Origin: Catajapyx aquilonaris
Taxonomy: Eukaryota
NCBI GenBank assembly: GCA_000934665.2
Contig: JYFJ02002384.1
Span: forward strand, 1 to 58,110
Direction: 5' to 3'
DNA: 58,110 bases
The notes under the pieces were generated by a model, which worked only from the letters and a program-made list of their open reading frames with translations, was not told the DNA's origin and did not search any database. The translations under genes were made by a program, and so were the position numbers. This document shows, piece by piece, positions 12,701 to 25,750 of the stretch (the first letter of the stretch is position 1; every line of letters begins with the position of its first letter).

Positions 12701-15700
12701 TCATAGCATCAAAATGTCCCATTCAAAACCAAGCCAAGCCAGCAGATATCACCAGGTCCAATCACGTGAGATAAAAAAGTCCCATTAAAGCCAGCCGGTG
12801 CAAATACGTCAGATATAATATTCCTCGCACAAGTTTCGCAACTTTCAGTGATATAATTCCCCAAAGCACCGCCAGAAACCTGACAGTTTCCGTCCGTTCG
12901 CATGTAGTCCAAGTGAACTAAATAACAAGCCCTCTAGAGAGAAGGCTCACCCCCTCTCTCCCCCCCCCAAAAAAAAAAGGTCATAACATCCAGTCCGGAC
13001 GATAAGTTTCTCGGCGTGGCTCAATTTTCTTTTGCTCCGGCTCCGCAAGTGAAGAGATAACACTAATTTCCGCGATAAACGCTATCCTCTTGTAGCCCTT
13101 GTAACTCCCCCCGGAAATGAGTTTATAAATGTACAGAGGGAATGTTCATGGGGGAATTCTCAACGGCCACACAAAGGGGCCCTCGACCGAGATTTTAAAC
13201 GGATTTGGTGCCGCGATTACTCCATTATTATCCTATAAATAAAACCCTGGCTGCGACCCCCAAAGCGCGCGGTTTTCAAAAGGAGGCGAAAACTGGTTTT
13301 TTTTTTTTTTTTTGTTATTGTTTATCAGCGGACACGGTATATGGCTCGCGAAATCAGCGGTCATAGTTTGCAGGATGAATGTGGGGGGGCTGATTTTGCA
13401 TCACAATGTAACTCAATCTGGTCCAGGCCAGCTGTGGGCCGATTGGTTTTTTCTTACACCCCAGAGCTGGGTGGTGTGTTTTTGGGGAACTGAAATTTTT
13501 TTTTTAAATGCCTATTGTGGATGGCAGCTGCAACAATTGCGATGGAAGCTTGAATAACGAGGGTGGGAGAAAAAAACACAATTTATTTAACGGGCACGCT
13601 TTAAAAAAATGACTGACGCAATTACATTACATGAGCAACAATATCAAATGTTTTGAACTCGAGTGATGAGTTAACACGTGTAATTCTGTGGATTTTTTTT
13701 TATAAAGTTGATCAATTGATCTAAAAATGAGGCGTGTATAATTTGCGTGTAATAACAGGCTGGCACGTACTGGTTGGGAAGCCAATAGCCCGAAGGCACA
13801 ACTGATATGGATCCCTCCGATGCGTGAGAGGCTGTTATGCCAATTTACAGCTTCATATTTCAATGGCCACTCTTGGCCCCGTACCTGCGGCTAGAAAGAG
13901 AAGCTTGTGCAGGCGGAGAGTGTGGTCAGTGTTACAAGGAACTATTACAACAATGTGATGACAGCAAACGATCAATCTGGCCAACAGATGCCTGGCGTAT
14001 CTAGCCCTATATAAACCATTTCAAGCGGCTTCTCTGCATAATTTAGTAAATAATTTCAACTCAAATTTGAGAGAGATTAATCTATACCTCATCTGATATT
14101 AAGCAACTTCCAATATTATTTCTGGATTATATCATTTGCCTGCAATAAATAAGAGTGCAATAATTACAGTCGGAAGCATTCACGGAATCGCTTTCCATTT
14201 TCCTGGAGTACATTCCCACTCAATTATTTATGCATTACGGACGAGTTACTCTAGCAACATTGATTGGCTAGTCCTCACGTTACTAGGCCAAGCGCGTGGA
14301 AAAATACCCGAGTAAATTTATGTAACTAGGTATGGTTGTCCTTTACACGTCGTAGGCCTATGCTCCGAGCACGTGCTTCTCTTTTCATATTATGCATCCA
14401 GCCCTTCTCAACAAGTGCTCCCTTAGATATGCAGCCTCTCTTTTTTTATACACTAGCTGCTTGTATGCGCTCGAGTACCCAAAAAGCTGTCGCGTACTTT
14501 CTCAGCAAACATCAGCTGTAATCTTGTGTCAGTTACACACAAACCTACTTTCACTGGGGGATATCTAAAGATGCGCACTGTCTGGAACATAACGGAAATG
14601 CAATGGGAAGATCCCGCTTTTTTGTTGCTTTTTGTTGCTCGTTAATTAAAGAATAACTGGCTTGTGCCGAGGGGAATTTTTATGATATAAAAATACAGGA
14701 TTGATATGTACAGATTATTTGATTCCATACAGGGTCATTATTCAGCCGATTACCTTCTGATAATATATGTAAGTACAAATGATAGCATCATAGTGGGCTT
14801 GAATTAATGTCAAGTTTTCCCCGAGGCGGAATAATCTTAGTCACAAACTGGTCAATGGCGAGCTGCCAGCTGAACTAACGAGTAAAAAATGGGGCGTCTT
14901 TTACGTTCCAGGCTAGCTGAAAAGGCCCATATCTTCTTGGAAAATAAAGTTTGCAAATCAGGTTGCAAATAATTATGCGTGGAGATAGGGAGTGCCTTTC
15001 AGTGACGGTGCTTGACAAAGGGAAGGCAGCGGTGTGGGGATGCTTTCAGGGGGATCAAAGAGGGAACTCCCGTCGTTGTAACATAATAAACAGAAGGCAA
15101 ACTTGGGAGAGTTCGTCTGCTTCAATGGGTGTGTGAAAGGTCTCCAGCTGCCTTTGAAGTGATGCAGGTGGAGAAAAGGCCTAGTAAGAGCTGCTGGATG
15201 GTACCGGACGGCTATAGCACTTCCCAAATATGATGATAGCAATAACGCTTTGATCATGATTGATTTTTTTCCCCTTTCCTTTCTAGGAGCGTATACTGTA
15301 AATCTTATAGGATAGCATCAGCTTGATATAGGCGAGAGCTTTTTTTGAACATTACGGATCTACAGAGGCTTTACAGTACTGATTTGCTTTCACAAAAATT
15401 GAATAGCTCGAGACTGGTGCTATAAGTTATCTTAGAATAAACTCGTTGACCTCAGTTATTTTTATCAGAAAACAACAGCGACATTTAAACAAACACATTA
15501 CTCCACCCACGTTTCCTTATCAGTTACGGTACTTCTGTATGCCGGTGTATATAGTACACATTTTGCGTTAGACAAGTTCTGCAAAAGAAATGTATAGATA
15601 ACGTGTAATATTCATTGAAATATTTAACCGAGCTTTATCAGTTTTTTATCATGCGTTTCATCACGACACAATCAGCATTATCATCCCTGAGCAGCCTTTC

Positions 15701-18700
15701 GACACGGGAAAAAAGCACGCCTGTTAGACAACAAAACGGGCCAGGTACGCTGCCTCTTTAGCGGCAAAGTCTTTTCCCAGGAGATCTCCAGCAGCAACCC
15801 CCCTCCCCTCCTCCTCCTCCTCCCCAAATAAAAATAAAATGAAAAAAAAAAAAACGAGAAAGATCAAAGGTCTATTAGTTCCGCCATAGCAGTTGGCCGC
15901 GTGACTGCATGGTTCTTCGATTTTCCTAACTTTCCACATCCCAGCAAACCTTTTTCTTCTTCCCCCACCGGCAGAAGCAGCAGAGGACTCCAGGCCAGGC
16001 AACACATTAGTGGTCAACTTTGTGAGTGCCTGAGAGAGGCAAAGTTGGAGCATTTTCACCCCCGCTGTTCTCTCTCTACTCCGACACAAACAACCTACTC
16101 AAGTATCACCAAGTCCCCCGCGCTCCAAACGTTACGACTGACTTTGGCCCCCTCTTGCCTCAGCAGACATGTGTTGCTCTTGTCCTAACCACTCGGCTCT
16201 GTTCTCACCGACCTGTGCATGAAATTGCCTAGAGAGTGGGCTCTACTATTGTTCGTCAGTATAGAATGAGTCAAAAAGTGTCAAGAACACACTGTACACA
16301 CTGTGCAGCTGATTAGAGCACAAAAATGTTGAACGAAAATCGGCTTGTACAGTATTTACTCTCGAGCTTCCGTAAAATTATATGCAAACCTTGCTGCTTC
16401 ATCTTAACCCGATTGAGTATTTCGGGAGGCGAAATAAAGTTGCGTTTACACGGCGACTTACAGGGTAACGTTTGGGTGTTTGCACAGTTAAAATGTAGCA
16501 GATTAAAGTCACGCTGCACCATTTGCTCTATCCGTTGGCTTTATTCAGCAAGTTTCTAAAGTCGTTGAAGCTGCACTCGCCCAGTCAAGTGCCTGTAATC
16601 CAAAGTCAATTTAATTTTCAGCACCTCTTCAGCATTTTCCCTAACGGCGTCAGTAGTACAAGCGTCATCATCATTACCATTGGATCTCCCAAGTACGTAT
16701 AGATGTAAAATTGGCAGTTAGTGACTGCTGGTCAGTCTTTTGCATTAAAGAGTAATAGTCTACATAGACTATCCAAACATTGTTTCCGAGATAGCAGACA
16801 TGTCCTGTTAAAAATAATTTATTTATTGGCATGTGTTCTGTTCAGCAGACAGGAAAATCAAGGGACAGTATTTCTACCAACTTCAGCAACAGTTAGCCAC
16901 CTCAACATTACGTGAAGCAGTCGAACAATGAGGATGTCTGACAACAGTTTGTCCAAGTGATTCCAACTCAATTACTCGTATATCCACCTGCCCCGAATGC
17001 CCAACGAAGCACGCCGAGTATATGCAGTGTCCTAAATCAAATTTCTGCACAGTTTACGAGGCATCAAATAAGTCACCACCCCCTGGACAATGCAAAAAAA
17101 GTGACACATGATAAATCTGCGTTGATTTTTCACATGCAAATTTTTTTTGCACCATAGCGAATATCAGGAAGTGTTCTTGCGGTTTTTCTACCGCATTTTC
17201 TGCACAGCATGTTTCATGAGCCTCATCTGTCTCAGCCCATTTTTTGTGTGCGTATGTGTCCGAATCATTATGAAACATCCGGTACCTTTTGCTCAAAATT
17301 GGTCTCAAATCTCTTCCCGCTGGATTCCCTCCCCCCCCCAAAAAAAAACCCCCTTCCCCCGCAATTATTCCGGAAGTAATTAGCGTGGGAGCTGGAAGAG
17401 GTGTCAGTCCCTGGGAAAAAGGCGCGAAGGGAGGCCCAAGTAATCGAGTGGAGTGTCCGATCCGGCGTCCCCCTTTCATTGGAAACCGGCGGAGACAAAT
17501 GACAGGCAGTCTCCCGGCGGGCCTTCCTCGCCGACTAGAGGATTTGTTAGAACTCCTTCTCGATCCTTCCAACCCACCGAAAAAAAAAAAAAAAAACTTC
17601 AAAAAAACCAACCCTCCAAGCTGTGTCAGATCAACGTCACTCCGTATGGTTTTGCGACAGAAAACCTTCCCACAGTTGCTTAATATTTTTTTTTCTCTCA
17701 CTTCTCATCTCGTTTCCTAGTGCGCAAAATGTCTGTTCCACGTCCAACAAACGCCCACTTCTATTTTTTCCCCCAGCTCCTAATAGTGTTATTCCGTCTC
17801 GATTGAAATCAGGGCGTTGAACTTTTCCTCCCATCTTCCTCCAGTCCCCCCCTACGAAGCTCAAGGAGGAATATTGCCTTTCATAGTTCCAGCATGCTCA
17901 AAGTGACAAATTTTATTGGACTGCTTGTACCTCCTTTCATCTTCTTTTTATCCGGGGGGGCTGGTAGTGATAAGAAGTGTCGTATATTCCGGGAGGGGCA
18001 TAATTTTCATCCGGAGGCGAATATATACGCCACCTTCAGCTCCGAAGCTTGCAAATTGCCGAACACACTAGAATGAACATGAAGAAAAAAAAAGTGCGCG
18101 TCATTTGTCGCAAATTTCAAGGCATTGTCATTCATTATTGTATGTGTCAAGCTTGATAGGCGGCTCTGTATTTGTAATTGTTGGCATAGGAAGCCTTACT
18201 TCCTGACTGGCTTTATTCTCATTGAAATTAAATATTATTTCCGCTTTCACTTTGCGCCTATGGCATTAACCTACGGCATACACATACAGTGCAGCAGAGG
18301 GCTGTGTTCATCGTGCCGTAAAGCCGAAAAAAAGCAGGGAATTGTCCATAGCAAGAAGCAAGAAATGACGACTCCCCGTTGATGTAGTCCTAAACAACAT
18401 AATAGGACTAGTAAAAAGAGCTTTAAAGTACTCCCAGCACATTGACAATTCATTAGTAAAGTATTTCTGAGCTCTATGACCTTATTAGGTTCTGTAAATA
18501 GGATGACACAGCTTATTACCAGGCTGTAAAGAAGGCTAATTGCAGCTTCAATTAGAAGCATCAAATGCATACTATGCCAGCACATAGCAGAAAATACGTC
18601 GATCATTTGAGTCTCATTATAGTGCCAGTCGATCTATTTCAATTAATTACGAAAAACCAACGTGTATAATACGACGTATAGTTAGCGCACACATATCTCA

Positions 18701-21111
18701 TTTTACTCAGCAATTACAACAGAAATGTCACTTGTTTAATACCTATACCGAAACCTCGAAAAGTGTGCCACAACCACTTATATAAAAGCAGCAGTTACGT
18801 AAATAGAAAGTATTTTTTCTCGACCCTTTCTCAATATCAAAGACGATAAAAATATTGTTAGGATCGGTTTTTAACATACGCAACCTCCACAATACTATAC
18901 GGTGTAGACTTGGCCTACTATAATCCCTCTCTACTTGCTGCATACATGAATACACGACACTGCGCAATAGCAGGAATAACACAAAACACGGCGGTTTGTC
19001 CTGAATAACGTTCCAGATACGATTTGTGGGTCAATACAACATTGTAGCTCCAGAAAAAATCCGTTGCCTCATATTAATGCATATATTGTTTGGAAACAGA
19101 ATGGTGAACATTTTGCTACCACCACAGCAGTCTGCCTGGAAGCTAAAACAGATCAACAGGTGTGCTTGGCACCAGCTCATTAATTACTATTTCGTCACAA
19201 AAATATGAATCCGCATTATGATTTTTTTTGTACAATTTGTTTTATGCATCCTGTACTGAACTTGACTGTATTGAAAGCAGCTTCAATCCATGCCACATCC
19301 TCATTCCGATACATTTTTCTTTACAGACACAGTGAAACGTTTCCTGCATGTACACATACCATACCTTCAATGTATGACAGCTCCTATCTGGTATGCCATT
19401 GTAAATAATTAGAAAAACTTCCCACAGCTGTAGCTAGTCAGACGTCAGCCATATTCGCCTGTACGTACAGCTATATGTAAATAGGCGTCTCCCTTGGTAT
19501 AGCCCCGCAGAAGCTCTCTCCCCACATGCACACACGGCGTCTCTTTCACGACCAGATACCATTAGCATACGTTTCGGATGCTAATGCTCAATTTTAATAT
19601 ACTGGAAAATGGTTTGAATACGTTAGCAAAGTTTCCATATAGCCCAGGCCTATTGCCGCAACGGGAAAGGCGGCGGAGGCAAATGCACATGCTGGAAGCG
19701 TAACCCAAGTTCCTCTCTTTCATTCTCCTGGCCACACACAATAAAAAGTGAATACGTTAGGGAACAGTCCGCACATGTTACGCTCCCGCGGTGCAAAGTG
19801 ATCGCCAGACCATAATTTGCGGAATCCAATAAATCCCCGCTTGGAAAAAAAAAAAAACAACGGGGTTTGAAATCCGGAGTGAACAATAAAAAAAACCAGG
19901 AAGAAAACCCTGGCACAATCCTTTGCATATACGAGCTTATCGGTTTACACAGAACAGCACTTTGCATTTGAAATTGCTACACTGATTACACCACTAAATG
20001 CATCCCACCCACTGCGATCTACAATATATGGTGTATTGTTTCGTTCTTTTTCCGGAGCGAATCATCGAAAAGGTTAGCAAAATAACTTGACGATTATGCA
20101 ACGATATTGCACAACGTGAACGTTTCATTAAATGTATGGTAATTCAAACATTGGGCATCATTTGCCAACACCATAAAATTTAAAATTCCCAACGACTTTT
20201 GTAGGCCAGGAAAGAACTTCCAATTCGCAACATTTTGACTCATGTCTCTCATCTCAACTCTTTTGAAATGATCGTGCAGCAGCCGTTTGTAAAGGTCAGC
20301 TTTCTTTAAGACATTTGTACGTGACTCTCGTATGACCTCACCAGCAGCACCCGCAAGTACACAAAAAAATCGAGGTTCAATTTCACCCCGATGAGCACAC
20401 ACTCTGATAGCACTGCAATTTTTAACGAAGGTCAGTCATCAGCTTTCGCGGAACACACATTCTCCTTTCATGATTGCATTCCTATGAAGGACGCTGAACA
20501 CCAAAAAGAAAAAGGGTTTCTAGCCCACTTCTAGTAATCTGTCTATTAATTCCATCTAGCTCCTCCTCTGCTGTCTGCTATTGACTCAGTTCGATTAATC
20601 CTTTCCTCTCCGCTGTGCCCCGGATAATAAATGTGAGCTCTCCCCCCTTTTGGAGTTCGTTAGAACAGTAGCTTAGATCTCATTAGAGTAGTACCGATTT
20701 TGTGGAGAAAGTGATTAATAACCTTTAAAATAATGGATCTCCTAGAAAACGGGAGGGAGAGCCGATAATGGTGGCGACACGTCTAGTGGCCGCTGATAAA
20801 TTGGGGATAACCTTTTTCTTCAGAGATCTCTCCCGCTATAAATTACCAGATTACCAGATATCTACCTGACGAAATAATGGGAGCCCAAACACCGCCGATT
20901 CCACACAATTATTTTAGAGAAGATGTCACATCCCAAAAGGGCTTTGTTTCCGCAGTTATGCCCGCCTAATCCCATTAAAAGTACGTACCTATGCAATCAC
21001 CCACCGAATGTAACAAACACGATCTGGACCATTGTCCATCCGGATGCAAATCCTCTTTGTCCGCATCCTGAATAATCCCTATAGACCACTCCTCCATTTC
21101 GGATTTTCGGG

Positions 21112-21112
<1 letters not shown>

Positions 21113-21176
<64 letters not shown>
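21113..21176. repeat. (CT)32 microsatellite (GAGA tract)
   Basis: Uninterrupted 64-nt CT dinucleotide run. Confidence 0.97.
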
Positions 21177-21179
<3 letters not shown>

Positions 21180-22346
21180 AAAAAAAACCCTGGGCCCAAC
21201 TTCATCCCAGGTAAATCGGCTCATTTCCTACCTTATTTTCCTTTGGGGTTGAGGGCATGATGGCGAGGGAGAGAAAGAGTGATGGGGAGGGATGCAATTT
21301 TCGGCCTTGGCTTGCCAACAAAGGGACCCCGCGGCCATTCGTTCCTCCGCCATTTTCACAGGTAATCGCTCTTGTAGCCCAAACACACAAGGAGACTCGT
21401 CCTTACCTGGAAAAAAATCGTTGGTTATATATATATATTTAAAAAAAAGTACATGTCTGTAATATAACAGGTTTGCACGTTGCCTTCTGGGTGATTTTTT
21501 TTTTTTTGCACCGATGTTGGATAATGACAGTAATGATGGCTTGTTCGGTTGCATTACGGGCTGAGGCAGGCCTCATTACTACTGCATGTACAGGGTGTTC
21601 GAAAGTATTGACTCAGATTGCACTAATTATTTCACTGATTATAGTATGGAAAGGTAGCTGATGTAATGGCTCGCTTACGATTTGTCCCAGTAGTAATCAT
21701 TTAGGCAAAATTCTAGACTATAGGGTATATGATTTGTGAATCCAAACCGCAACGACGCCAGTGTGAACCCAGCTTAATGCAACCAAGAAATTTGTCTCAC
21801 AGTGTTTCTCAGATTAATTACCCCCCCCACCTCACCGAATAGCACAGTGGTTTAGCTATAAATCCTCCAAACGGAAGCCTATAATCCAGACGTATACGAG
21901 GTGGTACATCGTGGTTAACAACGCACATATCTGTCGCGACATGAGCCCGTAAATTACCTCCGCGTGTTACCCCAACATGAGTACGTGTAAAAGGTATGTA
22001 CGATGATGAGGTAGGAAAATGTGGAATTAAGGCGAGCAATCAGTGTCGATATCAGGTCCTGTGCTTAATTGTCAATTGGGAGCTCGTTCCTCACAATCAC
22101 GACGCATTAGGGTTGCGGCGTCGTATTTAATTGACAAATAGTGGTTGTCATGTTGTTTATGGACAATGCAATTACAACACCCTGGCACAGTTCATGACTC
22201 CGGAATGAGTTTAATGGATTTACGGCTTTTCCTAACAAGCTTTCGATGGGCGTCGCATCGGGATTCCGCCAGAAAAAATGTTTGTCTATTGGACGACCGA
22301 TAGAACATGAAAGTTTTATACCGCGCAATTTTTATTACCGTGGCGG

Positions 22347-22447
22347 TACAGGATGTACCATAATGTTAGGACAAATGTTCTAAGGATCACTATATGTTAT
22401 AGAGGCTGGTTTCATTACTTAAATCAAACATTACGGATCACCCTGTA
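22347..22447. mobile_element. ~100-bp Tc1/mariner-type MITE
   Basis: tacaggatgtaccataatgtt versus the reverse complement of the right end, tacagggtgatccgtaatgtt (17/21), with TA at both ends. Confidence 0.6.
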
Positions 22448-25400
22448 TACAATGTCCGGTCACAGATAACGAATAAAGGTTGTGCTCTATATCCTACTTT
22501 GTTCAAAATCGATCTTTTCCGTTTCATCCCTCCAGCTCTGGGGGAAACCCCCCTCCCCCGCCTCTACCTCTGTCTTATCTCATTTGGTATGAATGGAATA
22601 ATTACAACGAGAGAGAAAAAGTTTCAATCTGTTCCCTGATAACAGGCTGAAACAACATACTGAAAGTTTGAAAACCGACATTTTCCAAGAAGTCCTTCCC
22701 TTTTGTTTTTTTTTTTTTCTCCCCATCCAGAAAAACACTTTCTGCACTTTGTTAGTGTATAGACTTTTTGGTAAAGTAATTCCGGGGGCCTATTTGCGCG
22801 TAATTACGCTCTAAAAGTGGGGGGGGGGGGGCAAAAAGGGCGATGCAAAATTCATTTGAGAATGGGCCAAGACATGGGGGTCTATAAAAGGCTTGGAAAG
22901 AGTGGAACTCGTGGGGGAGAGAGAGAAACAGGCAGTGCTTCCAGCAACACGCGTAATATAAAGTGAAAGAAAACATCGATGGCCTAAGAGGGGCAAAGCA
23001 GCCGACTTCATAAAACATGCAAACCCTCCTCTTTCGGACTCCATTTGCAAGGAAAATAGGACATTTCGAGGGTAGGTTGGCAGGGGTCCGCCGCTTTCTA
23101 TTGGCTATTCACCTTGCTTCCACTCCGTTTCCCTCAAAGGTCGTTTTCTTTATTTTCTTCGGCTTTCCGTTCAAGTGACCGCTAACAGAATTGCTCACAT
23201 GAGATTTCAATTCGCATCTAGCTAATTTAAACAGAATTCGTGTTACTTGATAGTTTCGTTATCGTTCGCCGACAATTTTTTGATGCGAGCTCAAGCACTT
23301 AACGCTCTAAACATCTCCTGAGTACCTGAGATGAGGTTATCGGAAACTTAGCACGCAGCCTCTTCAGACAAGATCTCCATCAGAAGCAGGTGCGCTATGC
23401 ATATACTATACACACACAGGTGGAGATTAAGAGGCATATAATACAACCGCGGACCTGCCCCATCAGGAAATTGGAAAGCCCTGCATGAAATCATTTTCAC
23501 CCTGGGGTAAATGCATGCTCCGGCGATGCTAATTACTGCTGACGTCAAATTGAACAATTAAGCCAAATTCAACGCTCTCAGCAGCATGCACTGATTGCAC
23601 AATGAGTTAACCAGCCGTGATTGAAACCCGACCCGAGAGATAGAAATGGTCAGGGTTTTGCCCGGGGAAAAAAAAATTTTGTTCTATTTTTTTTGGTATA
23701 GGGTACACAAACTAAGTGCTGGCCTCTCTTGGTCAATCAGACTCGAATTACCGTCGATACAAATGTATGTCCAGGGGGATTATGAATTGGGCGGCGGCAA
23801 TAGTTGGCAAAAAAAAGCTCAAAGGAACCGACTTGTGCTCCAGGCTTCAAAAATCATCAATGAACTCCATTACCTGCCCGAAAGGTTGGTATTCATTTCG
23901 GCACAGGATTTTTTTTTCCAAATAGTTTTTCCCCCCTCTCTCTTTTTGGTAATTTTTCGCTTCATTTCTCTGATCCGCTGCACAGGATTGATCTACACTG
24001 AAGCCGGCTCCCTGCATTAAAAATCAGCTTATACCCGGTTGCACCAACACAAGTCCCTATAGATTGGTATCAATCCCAGCAAAAAATTGAGCACAGCGAA
24101 AAAGACATAATAATATCTATAGCCAATCAAGCCCAACGTATACCAGCAGGTAGGGCTGAATTTGCAAAGAAAGAAGTTTAAATGATGTTATTCTTCTGGT
24201 ACTTTCCTTCAAAGTCGCATATGACAGGCCCACAAATGCACCAAAAAGCATTACATATAGGCTATGTAATAAAATGAATCGCAAATAATTAATTGGTAAT
24301 AATAAATGTTATGAAAGGGTGAATTTTTCGGGGGGGGGGGGGATGTGCAGTCAAATACGGTAACCATAATTTTAGTACATCCGGGTAATAAATAACCAAA
24401 CTAAAAATACTAACGAATAAGACATAAAATTTCAAATAAAAATGTGCATAAAATTAACTTTAAAACCCCTGTATGTTACCTTTTTGTGACTCCAGCCCCC
24501 AGAGAAGAGTTGGCAGACTTTAGTTGGCTTCACAAAAGCTCAAGTTGCACTGTGCCCTAATGCACGGATGGAGTAACTTTTTGGAGCGTTTCCGAACTTG
24601 TATATAAAATCCCCACCTGAGAGCAGGACACACACATCTCACGCTCTTTTTTTTCTCTCTCTCTCCTCAGCCACTGTTACATCGGGTTGACTTTCCCCCA
24701 GTGGGGAGGGGGATACGGGAGTCTACTCCATTTCCTTTTGGGATAAGCCTCTGATAGGGAAAGACAGGGAAAGGCGCTTCCTACTTAGCGGATCTAAAGA
24801 TCGCTTTTGTTCGACGTCTTGCCAAGCTAAAGAGAAAAGCTCTTTTCTTACCAAGTCTCAAAAGCCTACGCCCTGAACGAGACCTGAACCTCATTTTTTT
24901 CACTATCCAAGATACCTTCACCTGCAAACATATTCGCGGAAACTGCTGCTCCACCTTAACTAAACATGCGCCAAAAATAGTTACCACATCCTGCTGTCAC
25001 TTGTAAGCATGAATTTAGAGCAAGTCTTCAGCACACAAGCCTTGGAAACATGTACTAGACAGAGTGTGAGACAGTTATCCAAGCATCTTCTTTTCTAATC
25101 AAGTGAGAATGTTTGCACCATCTCTGCTCGGGATTGAACTTTAATCCTCGACTTAAACTTGAGGAGAAAGAGCAACAAGAAGTTCCTGGAAGATGAAATG
25201 GCTGATACAGCGACGGGTAAGTTTAGGGATTAGTCGGCAGCTCCTGCTCATACTAGGCCGTAATCCAAGGAGTCTTACAGAATTTCTTGACTCACCCCCT
25301 GAATTCAGTGTCCCAATTATGTCAGCTAACACCTCACAGACATGCCCTGAGAATGCTGTAACTTGCTCGACTTGCTTCCCATAGTGTGTAACTAAAACAA

Positions 25401-25685
25401 TAACTATTGCAACATGCAATTATGTGCCTCGCCTCTTATTGTTAATTTTAACAGCTGCTGTGCAGTGCAAACAATATCCTGTAAAGTGCTGATCAAGGCT
25501 GCATGAATAAGTAACATTTCCTGCAGTACATGGAAACCGCAACCGCATCTAGCAAGTGACAAGCGCAATCTGCTCCTGCAATCATGCTCACTCTATCGTC
25601 TTTCATGTAACAAATTTACTCGCTGCATTTCGTCACCGCAGGCCTTACACCAAGTGCATTAATCAACTCAAGACATGCCGAGTCT

Positions 25686-25750
25686 CCCCAGCAGCCCCAG
25701 CCCCAGCCAGCATCTGTGACTACTGCAGCAGCCAGCAGCCCAGCAGCCCG
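25686..25750. repeat. Low-complexity (CAGC/CCAGC)n tract
   Basis: ccagcagccccagccccagccagc...gcagcagccagcagcccagcagccc. Confidence 0.6.

Noticed and set aside
17054..17720. Longest ORFs in the window (215 and 143 aa)
   Set aside because: They are dominated by poly-F/K/G/P from homopolymer runs and are open on both strands, which is typical of chance ORFs.
20975..21224. ORFs with ERERER/LSLSLS tracts
   Set aside because: These are translations of the (CT)32 microsatellite.
760..25150. Isolated B-box-like words near 781, 8732, 11085, 23620 and 25130
   Set aside because: There is no cloverleaf or properly spaced A-box. At most these are decayed SINE heads, not tRNA genes.
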